Assembly: GCF_006345805.1 (NCBI RefSeq)
Contig: NC_043004.1
Location: 20,646,001-20,710,000 of the forward strand
Length of the DNA: 64,000 nucleotides
DNA from: Octopus sinensis
Lineage: Eukaryota
Direction: 5' to 3'
A model generated the notes under the pieces. That model was not told the origin of the DNA and made no database searches. It saw only the letters and a list, made by a program, of their open reading frames with translations. Shown here one piece after another: positions 24,430 to 36,300 of the stretch; position 1 is the first letter of the stretch, and each line of letters opens with the position of its first letter. Made by a program: the position numbers and the translations under genes.

Positions 24430-24830
24430 CATCATCATCATCGTTTAGCGTCCGCTTTCCATGCTAGCATGGGTTGGACGATTTGATTGAGGACTGGCAA
24501 ACCAGATGGTAGCACTAGGCTCCAATCTGATCTGGCATAGTTTCTACAGCTGGATGCCCTTCCTAACACCAACCACTCCGAGAGCGTAGTAGGTACTTTT
24601 ACATGCCACTGCCATGAGGGTCAGTCAGGCAGTACTAGCAGCGTCCACGCTCAAACGGTATTTTTTACATGCCACCTGCACAGGAACGAGTACAACAGCA
24701 CTGGCAACGACCTCGCTGGAATGTTGTTTTTCATATGCTTCTGGTACAAGTGTCAGTAAGGTGATGCTGATAACAATCACGCTTGAAGAATGGTGCATTT
24801 TATGTGCAACTGGCACAGAAGCCAGTTTTC
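24430..24830 (-). mobile_element. Family C (RTE-like 3' end), diverged copy
   Basis: catcatcgtttagcgtccgctttccatgctagcatgggtt..ttctacagctggatgcccttcc. Confidence 0.82.
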
Positions 24831-24845
24831 TGCTCTGCTATCCAG

Positions 24846-24918
<73 letters not shown>

Positions 24919-25229
24919 CATCCATCCATCCATCCCTTCCTCCCTCCCTCCCTCCCTCCCTCTCTACCTACCTACCTATCTATGCATTCACACATACTCA
25001 TGTATACATGTACACACATGCACACACACACACACACATTCACACTTATCTACTCACATACTCGTACACACCCATATATGTCTCATTCAGATTCTATCTC
25101 CCAGAGTAACACACAAAGCTTTGGCCAACAAAGGCAATAGTGGAAGATAACTGCCCAAGGTACTTTGCAGTGGAGCATAATTCAAATCTGTGTTGGATGG
25201 AAGTGAACTCTTAACCACACATAAATATG

Positions 25230-25272
<43 letters not shown>

Positions 25273-25273
<1 letters not shown>

Positions 25274-25667
25274 TCTTTTACTTGTTTCAGTCATTTGACT
25301 GCAGCCACGCTGGAGCACCGCCTTTAGTTGACCAAATCGACCACAGGACTTATTCTTTGTAAGCCTAGTACTTATTCTATCAGTCTCTTTTGCTGAACCG
25401 CTAAGTTACAGGGACGTAAACACATCACCATCGGTTGTCAAGCGATGTTGGGGGGACAAACACAGACACACAAACATATACACACACATACATATTTATA
25501 TATATATATATACATATATACGACAGGCTTCTTTCAGTTTCCATCTACCAGATCCACTCACAAGGCTTTGGTCAGCCCGAGGCTATAGTAGAAGACACTT
25601 GCCCAAGATGCCACGCAGTGGGTCTGAAGCCGGAACCATGTGGTTGGTAAGCAAGCTACTTACCACG
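25273..25667 (-). mobile_element. SINE family B, near full length
   Basis: Near-consensus match to 33535-33940. Confidence 0.92.
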
Positions 25668-25865
25668 GCAAAATGCGTAGCCATATTTCATCTGCCGGTA
25701 CGTTCTGAGTTTAAATTCCGCCGAGGTCGACTCTGCCTTTCATCCTTTCGAGGTTGATAAATTAAGTACCAGTTATGCACTGGGGTCAATGTAATCGACT
25801 TAATTCATTTGTCTGTCCTTGCTTGTCCCCTCTATGTTTAGCCCCTTGTGGATAATAAAGAAACA
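25668..25865 (+). mobile_element. SINE family A, 5'-clipped, head-to-head with family B
   Basis: ctgccggtacgttctgagtttaaattccgccgaggtcgactctgcctttcatcc..taaagaaac. Confidence 0.88.
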
Positions 25866-26419
25866 CATATATATATAACATTATCATCATCACCATCATC
25901 ATCATCATCATCATCATTTAACATCTGTACTCCATGCTAGTATAGGCTGGATGCTTTAACAGGATCCAATAATTGGAAGATTGCTTTAAACTCCAATGTA
26001 TGCTTTGTCATAGCTTCTATGCCTGGATCCTTTTTCATATGCCAACCACTTTACAGATTGTACTGACAGTTTTTTTTTTTATTTGCGTGTGGTATCAGCA
26101 CTACTGAAGTCACCAAGTAATTTGCAAGACAAGAACCCACAACTGAGTTGAGAAGTAGTATTGAGGGAGATGGTTTTGTGCCAGATACTGAGAAGCTAAA
26201 TTATGATAGAAGACAGGAATAGATATCTTTCTTTAGAGGAGATAATAGCTACCCTTGCTGGATAGGGCAAATGGATGGTGGAAATGAAGTGGGTACTCTC
26301 AAGGTACAAGAAGGTAGATAAAAAAATAATAGGGTTAGGGAATTGAGAATGACTGGATGGGTTTGTGTGAATGTGAGAGTAGGAGAATGATAGGGTGTTG
26401 GAGATAGAGACAGAAGTGA

Positions 26420-26790
26420 ATGCAGCAAATGAGGAATTCAAGTGTAAGCATAATCCTTATGAGAGCTCAAAATCTCTCATGGAAGCGCCATCCAACCAAA
26501 GTACAAATATATAGGAAACTACCACCTGTATCATCTCTTGTGAAAGGTAGAAGAGTCCAGTTTGCTGGACATTGTTGTATAGCTGAAAACGGGGCAATTT
26601 CTACTCTTATCCTCTGGAAGCCATCTACTTGCGATACCAGAGGGCGCACACTCTCCTACCCTGATGTAATCTCCCGGGATACAGGCATCCAGCAACAGGA
26701 CCTCCGTAATGCTATGATGGACCGTGAAGTCTGGTGTAGCATAGTAAATTCCATTGTCTCGACCACGGTCAAACAATGATGATGATGATA
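26420..26790 (+). mobile_element. RTE-clade LINE 3' fragment with (TGA)n tail
   Basis: LSWKRHPT..RRVQFAGHC..LILWKP..TLSYPDVISRDTG..AMMDREVW, typical of the RTE ORF C-terminus. Confidence 0.85.
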
Positions 26791-27090
26791 ATCAATAGTG
26801 GATCCTATTTACTTGATAACCAGGGTTAAGACTCGATTACTATGGGTCTTTCAATTTATCTTTTATTTGTTTTAGTCATTAAACAGCAGCCATGCTGGGG
26901 GCATCACATTGAAGAATTTAAGTGGAACTAATTGACCCCTGTACTTATTTTTTTTTTGTTAAACCTGGAACTTATTCTGTAAGTGTCTTTTACCAAACTG
27001 TAAAGTAATGGGAACATAAACAAACCAACACCAGTTGTGAGTGGTGGTGGGGCACAAACACAGGTACAAAGACCACATACACAGATATTT

Positions 27091-27136
<46 letters not shown>

Positions 27137-27239
27137 GTGGGGGGAAAGGACAACAAAAACCAAGGCAGGACGAATATCTCAAGTCATATAGAAAAATTTA
27201 ATTAGGGTAAATTTGAAGTCTTACATAGTAAAAATGTGG

Positions 27240-27735
27240 ATTCTAGCCATTATCTTGGAGGCCCAAAACTGAAATAGGTATTTCGTCACATATGGACATG
27301 ATTCAAAAAGTTCAGTTCTTGAATTTAGACATGTGGCTGGATCAAAGGAACTTTTCCAGATAAGCCATCTTTCCATATTAAAAAGACCACGCTTGCCACT
27401 ATCATTGGTATAAGGTTTACACTTTGCTAACATCTTCCAGTATATCCTATAGCTAACACCTTGTTCTTTTAAGAACTATAACTGGATAATTTGGTAGTTT
27501 TTTTATTTATTCAAGTGCCTGAAGCTTAAGGTATAATTGTTGAACCTTGCTTTGAAATTTCCCTCTGTGTGACCCACACATCTCTTTGATGAAAGTATGT
27601 TATTAGCATTCGTAGAATTTGCGGTGGCTTCATAGATAATGGCCTCAGTCATAGAGGGTCCATTTAGCAGGCACAAATCTTTATCACTGCAGAAACAGCT
27701 GGCTTTGTGTTGTTGCTTTGTATTGTGTGTAACTG
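27240..27735 (-). mobile_element. Penelope-like GIY-YIG endonuclease remnant
   Basis: Minus strand: CLLNGPSMTEAIIYEAT..RCVGHTEGNFKARFNNYTLSFRH..MLAKCKPYTND..CLNSRTELFESCPYVTKYL. Confidence 0.8.
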
Positions 27736-27821
27736 TTTGTTCTAAATTATATATATATATTGGTAAAAACGGTAAGATAACAAAAGAAAGAAAGAGACTT
27801 CAATATTATGTAAATAGAGGA

Positions 27822-28050
27822 AATATATCTGTAAAATGAAATGTGACAATTATTTGGTAGCCAAGATAAAACTCTGAGTTTTAGAAGTTTTAGAAGAGAT
27901 GGTGGTGTGGATTTTCACCTCGGCATCCAAAACTCAGAGTTTTAGAAGTTTTAGAAGAGATGGTGGTGTGCATTTCCACCTCGGCATCCAAAACTCAGAG
28001 TTTTATCTTGGCAACCAAATAATTGTCACATATTATTTTACAGATATATA
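27822..28050. repeat. Foldback element with ~60-bp inverted arms and an internal 61-bp tandem duplication
   Basis: Arms atctgtaaaat..atgtgacaattatttggtagccaagataaaactc and gagttttatcttggcaaccaaataattgtcacat..attttacagat. Palindrome AAAACTC(T/A)GAGTTTT at 27868, 27929 and 27990. Confidence 0.9.
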
Positions 28051-28062
28051 TATATATATATC

Positions 28063-28098
<36 letters not shown>

Positions 28099-28599
28099 AG
28101 ACAAACAAATAGACAGATAGAGACAGAGATAGATAGATAGATAAGTACCCAAACTAAAATAAATTACACAGTACAAACGTAGAGTAAAATCTATATTATG
28201 TAGTCCATTATTACCTTAAATTTCATATCCAGTTTAAAATACATAACTTATCACCAGAAGATGAGCAGCACTAGTTTCTTGGGAACAAGAACTGAACATG
28301 CATGAAGAAAATTTCAGGGCTGTATTCAAGAATGCTAAATGTCGTATACAACAGAAATAACAAACTAACATCAATATCTGCAGCATTTATAAATACAGCA
28401 AACAACAGCAGTAACAAAACTAGAATATCTGAAATCACACTAGAACAAGTACACAAAAACTGACCATAGGAACTGTGGAATCAACTGCAATTGCAGGAAC
28501 ACTAATGGCATGAAAACAATGAGCGAATGACAATAGCAACAGTTATTCAAGCAATAATGATGGAAAAGAAACAAATTATTATCTACATTTGAAATTGAC

Positions 28600-29600
28600 A
28601 GCAACATACAGCTTTTGATCTTTATTTATTTCTCATCTTCGAAACAAGTAACAGAGCTTCTTTTGTCATCCATTCAATCCTTGACTGCTGAGATTAATTT
28701 CTATAACCTTGTGTACATGTGTGCATATCTAACTTTGTATGTTGCAGTGGTGGATTCATATTTTATTGAATATAAAAGAACATGATCCTCTTATTCTAAT
28801 GTTAGCCATAAAATTATATAGACATGTCTGTCTTATGCTTTTCTATATTCCTCCATTCTGTATGTTAGCGATAACATTCGATAGATAGTGGGAGCTATGG
28901 GTAATTTTATATCCTTTCTATATATTTCATAGTTTCAGTCCTAACAATAAAAGAATCAATGAAATTAATGAAAGAGACTTGGAGCAGATTATTTTAATTT
29001 AGTAGAAAGAGTAGATATTGAAACACTAAAACATTAGAGGTAAATATTTGGTTGAGAGAAACAGTATTAATTAATGACTTATGCAATTTTCATATTCCTT
29101 ATAGTTATGGAAGATAACTCTAGGTATGCATTCGTCTTATTCTTTATATTTAATTAGTAGAGTAAAACAGAATTGTTTGATGATTGGTTGATTAATACAG
29201 ATAATAACAAGTGCATTAGTTTTTACAATCTTAATACTGGGAGTATTATAAAGATAATTAGAAATGAATATGCAATGAAGAGGGAGAAAAATGTATTGCT
29301 TTTCTTTTTCTATGAGAGGCAACAGATGACAGGTTTCTCTTCACTGTACTTCTCGCAACAGCATTGAAGGACAAGTGTAAATCAAAGACTAACATTGTAT
29401 TTTTTTTATTTTCCCTCACAGAATATTTCATTTAAATTAACTTGTAATGATCCATGTTTTAAAGATGTTAATATTAATTTAGCCATTGTTTTTCATGCAG
29501 ATGGTGTCTCTGACATGTATGTGTGTGATGCATGAGCATTGCATGCATACATACACATGCACACACATGCACGTACACACTCTAAACTAATAAATGATAT
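28600..29600 (+). pseudogene. Putative heavily decayed RXFP/GRL101-like (LGR type C) GPCR 7TM region
   Basis: Ordered motifs across frameshifts: SFVIHS, MCAYLTLYVAVVDSYFIEY..EHD, MLAITFDR, VILYPF, YGR*L*VC, a hydrophobic IITSALVFTILILGVL stretch, RFLFTVL. Spacing is roughly RXFP1-like if 29040-29104 is an intron. By-eye alignment only. Confidence 0.4.
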
Positions 29601-30639
29601 ATAAACTAAGAAAATATAAAAAAACAAATACTCCTAAGCGAAAACATTTTCATTTCTACTTTATTATTTTTCATGTTTATTTGTGCAATTCTGTGTCAAT
29701 AATACAGAAATATATTTCTTCTTAAATAGCAATATGAAAGACTGCATTAATATCATTTTTCTCTTTTTTCTTCATCTTAATTAACTTTTAGATATTTTCA
29801 TCAAAAGAAATTGTAACTTTAAACACATTAAATTCAATCAAATTATTTCACGTCAGATCTCTATCTTTACAGATCTTAACTACAGGTTATGTTCAACATA
29901 CATGATTAGAATATTATCAAAATAAATCATAGATTACCTATTAAATCAGAAAAGGAAATTCTCCAGAATATTCCAGTGAGAATTTCTTTAGATAAAATAT
30001 TTTAAGGAATGTTCATTCTCTTAAACTGAATGCATTAAAATCGATTTTAGAAAGTTTAGTTTCTTTCATATATTTTGCTGATATTTGTTTTCCATAAAGA
30101 TTAATTATGCTATGATATCTTTCTTATGTTACTGGTAACATGCCTGATGATGGTGCTCCCAAATGGCTATATGCTTGAAGGCTAAGATAAAGATTTAAAG
30201 AATTAAAAATTTAATCATTTCAACATAATCCACGCAGTAGTAAATATACATAAGATGTTAAGTGAAGTTAAACTTTAAATGATACTACCTGCCGTCATTG
30301 TTCTTATCATCAGTGTTTCTATGTTCACTCTTCCATGCCTTTGTGAGTCAAATGGAGTTCTATTAAGGCAAATTTTCTATTGTTGGATGCTCTTCCTCTC
30401 ACCATTTCACCATTTTGTCCAAACACCATTTTCATCATTTCACCATTTCACTTTCACCATTTTGTCCAAAAACGATAATATTTTTCCCTTATCTATAAAT
30501 GTTTTCATTGTAGGTTGAAAACAAAAAAATACTGGTTGGTATGATAGCGACATTTTATTTATAAGGCAAGGAGGCTAAAACACATATTCTCTTCCTCTTT
30601 CCCTCCCTCTCTCTTTATTTGGTGGCATATAACATAATA

Positions 30640-32256
30640 TTCATATAATATGCATGGGCATATTAGACACACCTCAATTTCAGCAGAATATATTCAGGAA
30701 AGGGAAGAAGAGGTTTTAGCACATTAAAACATGTAATATTTAAAGCAATCCAGCAGTACATTATAGATCATTACAAAAGTACCTCAGCTATTGCATAAAA
30801 TTCAACCGCATATAAAAAATGTAAGTTAGCTGCACAACTGAACACAAATCATGAAAGAGTAAATATTCTACATGATTACAATAATAAAACATTCAATAAA
30901 AAAAAAGACTAAGCCGAATACATTTTATGAAAAGCAAGCTCCTACTACGGTTGAACATAGAACAAAACAAAAAAGTATTTATCATTAAATTCCATAAACT
31001 CATCATCTTTGTTACTGATTTCACTGTATTCAAATAATGCAATATCTTCTGTGCTATCAAAAACATTGCTAATGCAACACTTCTTAAAACCTTCACAATT
31101 ATTTCAGTTTTTAAGTTATACCAAAACTTCTCCATCTTATCGCACATTTGTGCAGTGGTAGGTAAATTCATCCTTCCTGTTGGTGCGAGGCCATGAAGTG
31201 GATCTTCCATTCATTTGTACTAATGTTCTTACATGTTTTGCTCAAATGGCTTATTTGCAATTGTCTTGACAATCTGACAGGAATGACAGCTGAGATTTCA
31301 ATTTTCTCAACTTTTTTTATGGTTTCAGTGTTATGTGCTCTAAACTGATTACAAACCAGAAAAGAAGGTTTCCTTAAGAGTCTACCAGGTCACCTCACCC
31401 ATACATCAGTTTCATTTCAGGTTCATTCACCTAGCCTTTTGGATAGAGATGAAAAAATACATATGGAATTTTTATCTTTTAAATAACTAAATCAGTGGCA
31501 GTTATATGCCATCAGCACAGCAAGCCAGAACTATGGTATAATGGGTTCTTTTCCTGACAATTGGCTTTTATCAAGACTGTTTTATTCCTCTTGGTACTCA
31601 CAGTTTTGCTACATTGCCAAAATTTCTTCCTTATTTCCTGTTTGGCCCAGTTTAAAGCAAGTTTTCATCTGTTCTTTTACAACACACTTAGGAAATTCAA
31701 ATATTTTTTCAACATGATTAGCTGGCGTTCCTGCGTAATTTATGCTATTCTATGCATTGATAAATCCTGCCATTTCATAAACCAGTAACATCAACCTCCT
31801 GTTCCTGCAAAATTCTGATTTGTTCTTTTGTTTTTTTTCTCCTGGCTTCAGTAATTAGCATTTTGGTAGAAGCACTTCTCCCTAAATTTTTTTCATCCGG
31901 TCTCCACGTTTTCATGTTATTCTCAAGTTCAGGCTAAAGTCGGGCTGAAGAATGAAGGTTATGTTTATCCTTTTTAGCTGTTTTTGAGTTAATCTTCATG
32001 CTGTCACCAGACATGTATCTTTTTTTTTCAGTAGATGTGGGCCAGACCTCCTTGCTACAGCTGCCGTTTCCATGCTCCTTAGTATCTTCTATCACATTTA
32101 GTTTATAGTGCTTAATCTTTTCTCCTGCTGCCATATCATTGAAAGTAAAATTTCATGAACAACCAGCACCTTTGGTATTGCATATACCAGGACCAAGTAA
32201 TATTGTTATAAAAATTAAATCATCCTAAGATGTCTATACCATAATATATGGCAGTA
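30640..32256 (-). mobile_element. pogo/Tigger-like DNA transposon fossil (CENP-B HTH plus DDE_1)
   Basis: Minus strand: YKLNVIEDTKEHGN (cf. FKLKVIEYAKEHGN), LVCNQFRAHNTETIKK, AVIPVRLSRQLQISHL (cf. VIPGG.TS.LQPLD). Ends are decayed and approximate. Confidence 0.8.
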
Positions 32257-32339
32257 TTTCCTCTCAGCGTGTATGTGTGTGACCACACTGGAATATAAAA
32301 TTATGTGCACTAAAAAAAAGAAAGTAAGTGAAAATAAAT

Positions 32340-32950
32340 CTATAGCTTTTAAATTATCGATATCCGGTGTCTTTCTAGGTACATCACTTTGCAGGCAATT
32401 TCCAAAAACTTAGAACATTTGAGAGTTTATCTTGGGCAAGACAAATCAAATGAGGTGATTTTGAAATATTGACTAAAAAAGCTAAAAAGTGTTAAAATTG
32501 GCAAAGCTTTTGAAGTTTTAAATGATGTTTTGAAAGAGTTGGTCATTTTGTGTAATAGTTTTCAAAGAAAAGATTTGGCATCTATTGATGTACAAAATTT
32601 TGCTTAGGCAAAAGTTAAAAAATTAAAATCAATATGTGATCTTGGTAATCATGTACTTTTCAATGTATATATAAATGGGTTGGTACATTAATGATCTGAT
32701 AAAAAAGAACTACTGCTGATAAGGCAGACATATTAGCTTTTATAGAATTATTATGTGACCATTTGAAAGAGAGATTTTTTTGATGGAAGGAATGCAAGAT
32801 TGTTTAGAATTTGATCTTACTGAATTAAAATCACTTGGTTATCCGTATGGTATTGACTAAAACCAAAAATAGGGCCTTATGTCCCACCTGTTATAATTTT
32901 CCCAATGATGAAAATGTAATTGTTGAGGAATATAAAGACTTTATACGTAC
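32340..32950 (+). mobile_element. hAT transposase remnant
   Basis: LQAISKNLEHLRVYL..FEVLNDVLKELVILCNSFQRKDL, a typical hAT central region, with stops. Confidence 0.55.
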
Positions 32951-32962
32951 ATACATACATAC

Positions 32963-33004
<42 letters not shown>

Positions 33005-33525
33005 GGCAGTGACTCTCATGGCTCCTGATTTTAACTGATTGGAAGTGATATCATGTACATTGTTTTGTCTTGATATAAAAGATGGGCTACAGCAAATATT
33101 CTGCTCAATACCACAATTGTTTGACCATAACCAGTTGAGCATGCCCCTTATTGGCTGATGATATGTGTATCTCTGATCATGAGCAGAAGTAGTGGGGGAG
33201 CATCATAGCCATGTGTTGAGAGGGATTCTTTGGGGTTTGGATAATTCACCTCTGGAAACATGGGTGTTTCATTCAACATCCTTAAACAACCTTTATTCAG
33301 GGACCTTTTGAGTGGGATGGGTTACTTGACCAGAAGAAAATTCTAACTGGGCCCCACCTGCAAGGTCATGTGCTGTTTATCTTGACAAGAGATCACCATG
33401 TCATGCACATATGGTTGTGATGCATGTGCCTAGTGTATCCTTATCAGACGGGTAGTCATGATGGGTATACTGGGCTTCGTATATTTTACCCCAGTGTCAC
33501 TTTGATGGCATGCACTGCTCTGTCA
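33005..33525 (+). repeat. Interspersed repeat family D (unclassified); other copies at 55610-55990 (+) and 21610-21790 (-)
   Basis: Shared ggggagcatcatagccatgtgttgagagggattc..cctgcaaggtcatgtgctgtttatcttg..cccagtgtcactttgatggcatgcac. Confidence 0.88.
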
Positions 33526-33534
33526 CTCTTTACT

Positions 33535-33940
33535 CTTTACTCTTTTACTTGTTTCAGTCATTTGACTGCGGCCATGCTGGAGCACCGCCTTTAATCGAGC
33601 AACTCAACCCCGGGACTTATTCTTTAGTAAGCCCAGTACTTATTCTATCGGTCTCTTTTGCCGAACCGCTAAGTAACGGGGACATAAACACACCAGCATC
33701 GGTTGTCAAGCAATGCTAGGGGGACAAACACATACACACAAACACACACACGCATATATATATATATATACATATATACGACGGGCTTCTTTCAGTTTCC
33801 ATCTACCAAATCCACTCACAAGGCTTTGGTCGGCCCGAGGCTATAGTAGAAGACACTTGCCCAAGGTGCCATGCAGTGGGACTGAACCCGGAACCATGTG
33901 GTTGGTAAACAAGCTACTTACCACACAGCCACTCCTGCGC
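33535..33940 (-). mobile_element. SINE family B, full length and young (CpGs retained)
   Basis: A-box-like TGGCTGTGTGG, B-box-like GGTTCAGTCCC, (AAGAGTA)n tail. Confidence 0.93.
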
Positions 33941-34198
33941 CAATAATAATAAGTTTGACAAATAGGTATAAGTTGATTAGTGTGTTTGAATGTTGAGCAC
34001 CAGCACAGTTTATGCTACCTGTTGTCATTCGCTGTTGTGGTATACTTCCGTTGGATCAACTTCAGGAACTCCATATTGATATTGAAGTTTTTGCATTTCT
34101 GTAATATTATTTGCTTTTATTGATTCCCTAACTTGATGGGCATATAACAAGAAGCCAGCCAACACTAAAAGTCTCTAGCGAAACATATCTTTATCAAT

Positions 34199-34243
34199 GT
34201 ACCTGATGAGAATCCGACTGATGGGTCAAAACATAAGTTGTAC
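34199..34243 (+). ncRNA. Degenerate type I minimal hammerhead ribozyme motif (G12>A), probable Penelope terminus
   Basis: GTAC-CTGATGA-G..C-AAAAC-ataa-GT-T-GTAC: stem I GTAC/GTAC, intact CUGAUGA, GAAA mutated to AAAA. Confidence 0.55.
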
Positions 34244-34280
34244 TCAATAAATGTTTAACACTGAATCCATCTCCTGTTAA

Positions 34281-34315
<35 letters not shown>

Positions 34316-34734
34316 CCACCTTCCCTATCCTTCCCATCCAATCCCCCCATCCTATCCCACACACCCTCTCCCACATACCCCACCTCTACCCCACCCTCTG
34401 CTACCCACAAACCCCAACTCTACCCCAACCCTCAGCCGAACTCACACCCCACCCGTGCTTTCCCCACTCTCGCCTCCCCCACCTCCAAACATCACACCAC
34501 ACTATACCATACAGCATTACACATCACATCACAACACACCACCCACACACCCATCCCCACATTTTCACACCTACACATACATACATGCACACGTCCAGAC
34601 CACCAGCCCTCTTTCACACGCACATACATTCTCTCTTATACACACACGCACCTTCGTGTTGGGGTCATCTTTACTTTGTTATCTCCCCTACTTTCCCTCT
34701 CATGTGTGACCCTTTTGTCTGAGTCAGTTGCCAT

Positions 34735-34915
34735 GATTGATCGTTAGCCACTACACACATTTTTTTTCTCTCCTTGTTTTTTCTGTGTTCCTGAGCGTAG
34801 GCTCGAAACGTAAAAGACTTTTTACTATTCCTGAGCGTTATATTAATACATCTGTTTGTTTTGTACACCACCTGTTTTTGTCTTTTGTTTTTTTTTTCGT
34901 AAACTCTCCCTATAT
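34735..34915 (+). repeat. Second copy of the hammerhead-like ~185-bp repeat (5' core deleted)
   Basis: gagcgtaggctcgaaacgtaaaagac; reverse complement of 23575-23760. Confidence 0.78.
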
Positions 34916-35530
34916 ATATAATGCATATCTTGTTACTAAAAAAACAAAACAAATTTATTGTCAATTTTTCTGAACTAATAGAATTTAGCTCCCAAACTTG
35001 ATAACATTGCAAAAATATTAAATGTTAGTAGAGTATTTCTAATATCAAATGTTGGGTGTGATCATAGCTCTAGTTTGAAAAATTCTATTAAAATTCACCA
35101 AAACCAAATTATCAGAAAAACATTTTGAGTTGAAGTTATCATAATGTTGAAGATGTGATTGATAAGCAAAAAGTTTATGTTCTGTAGGTAAATACCAAAA
35201 ATAGACAAAAATAACAAAATTAAAGTTACTCTATATTTCTATAGGCTATTATGATTTAATATCATGTACAGTCAATATCATATTATTTACAATTATAAAA
35301 CAGATATTTTGGATTTTTTTTACACATACATTATCCTAGTAAATATATTATGCTTATTAAAAACAAGATTGAGATTATGAAATTTTTTAATTTGATTTAT
35401 TGCATTGATGCTATATATAAATTAGATCACTTTAATAATCGATCTAATATCGTCTTTTACATATTAAAATATTAGAAAAGAATCACATAGCCAAAAGTTG
35501 AATCATAGGTATATTTTAAAAATTATAGGT

Positions 35531-35832
35531 GTAAAAAGCACCATCCGAACATGGCCGATGCCAGTGCCACCTTGACTGGCTTCTGTGTCAGTGGCATGTA
35601 AAAAGCACCAACCGATCGTGGCCGCTGCCAGCCTCCCCTGGCACCTGTGCTGGTGGCACATAAAAAGCACCCACTACACTCATGGAGTGGTTGGCGATAG
35701 GAAGGGCATCCAGCTGTAGAAACACTGCCAGATCAGACTGGAGCCTGGTGCAGCTTCCTGGCTTCCCAGACCCCAGTCGAACCGTCCAACCCATGCTAGC
35801 ACGGAGAACGGACGTTAAACGATGATGATGAT
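35531..35832 (+). mobile_element. Family C 5'-truncated insertion with ~22-bp TSD
   Basis: Flanks gtatattttaaaaattataggt (35509-35530) and gtatttttaaaaaattgtaggt (35833-35854); (GAT)n tail. Confidence 0.9.
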
Positions 35833-35944
35833 GTATTTTTAAAAAATTGTAGGTTTAATAATTTTCTCTAAATATTACACATATTTTTAAACTGGAGAAT
35901 TTACACCCATTTTAATATTTTTGCCAGCATCTTTCTTGTATCTG

Positions 35945-36300
35945 CTTTTACTCATTTCAGTCATTTGATAGTGGGCATCTGGGGCACCATCTTGAAGGAT
36001 GTAGTTAAAAAGATTGACCCCAGTCCTTATTTTCTAAGCCAGGTACTTATTTCATCAGTCTCTTTTTGTCAAACCACTAAGTTATGAGGATGTAAACAAA
36101 CCAACACTAAATATCAAGCAGTGGTGGGTGACAAACAAGCACACATGTACGCATGCACGCACACACACACACACACACACACACAAACATACACACACAC
36201 ACACACATACAGGACTAGCTTCTGTAGTTTTTGTCTGTCAAAGCCACTCACAAGGCTTTTGTTAGTCCAGGCTATATTAGAAGAGATTTTGCTTAAGATA
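35945..36300 (-). mobile_element. SINE family B, diverged
   Basis: ttttactcatttcagtcatttga..ccactcacaaggctt. Confidence 0.82.

Noticed and set aside
27868-28004. CRISPR-like palindrome-spacer array
   Set aside because: The spacers are near-identical, there are only three repeats, the context is eukaryotic and there are no cas genes.
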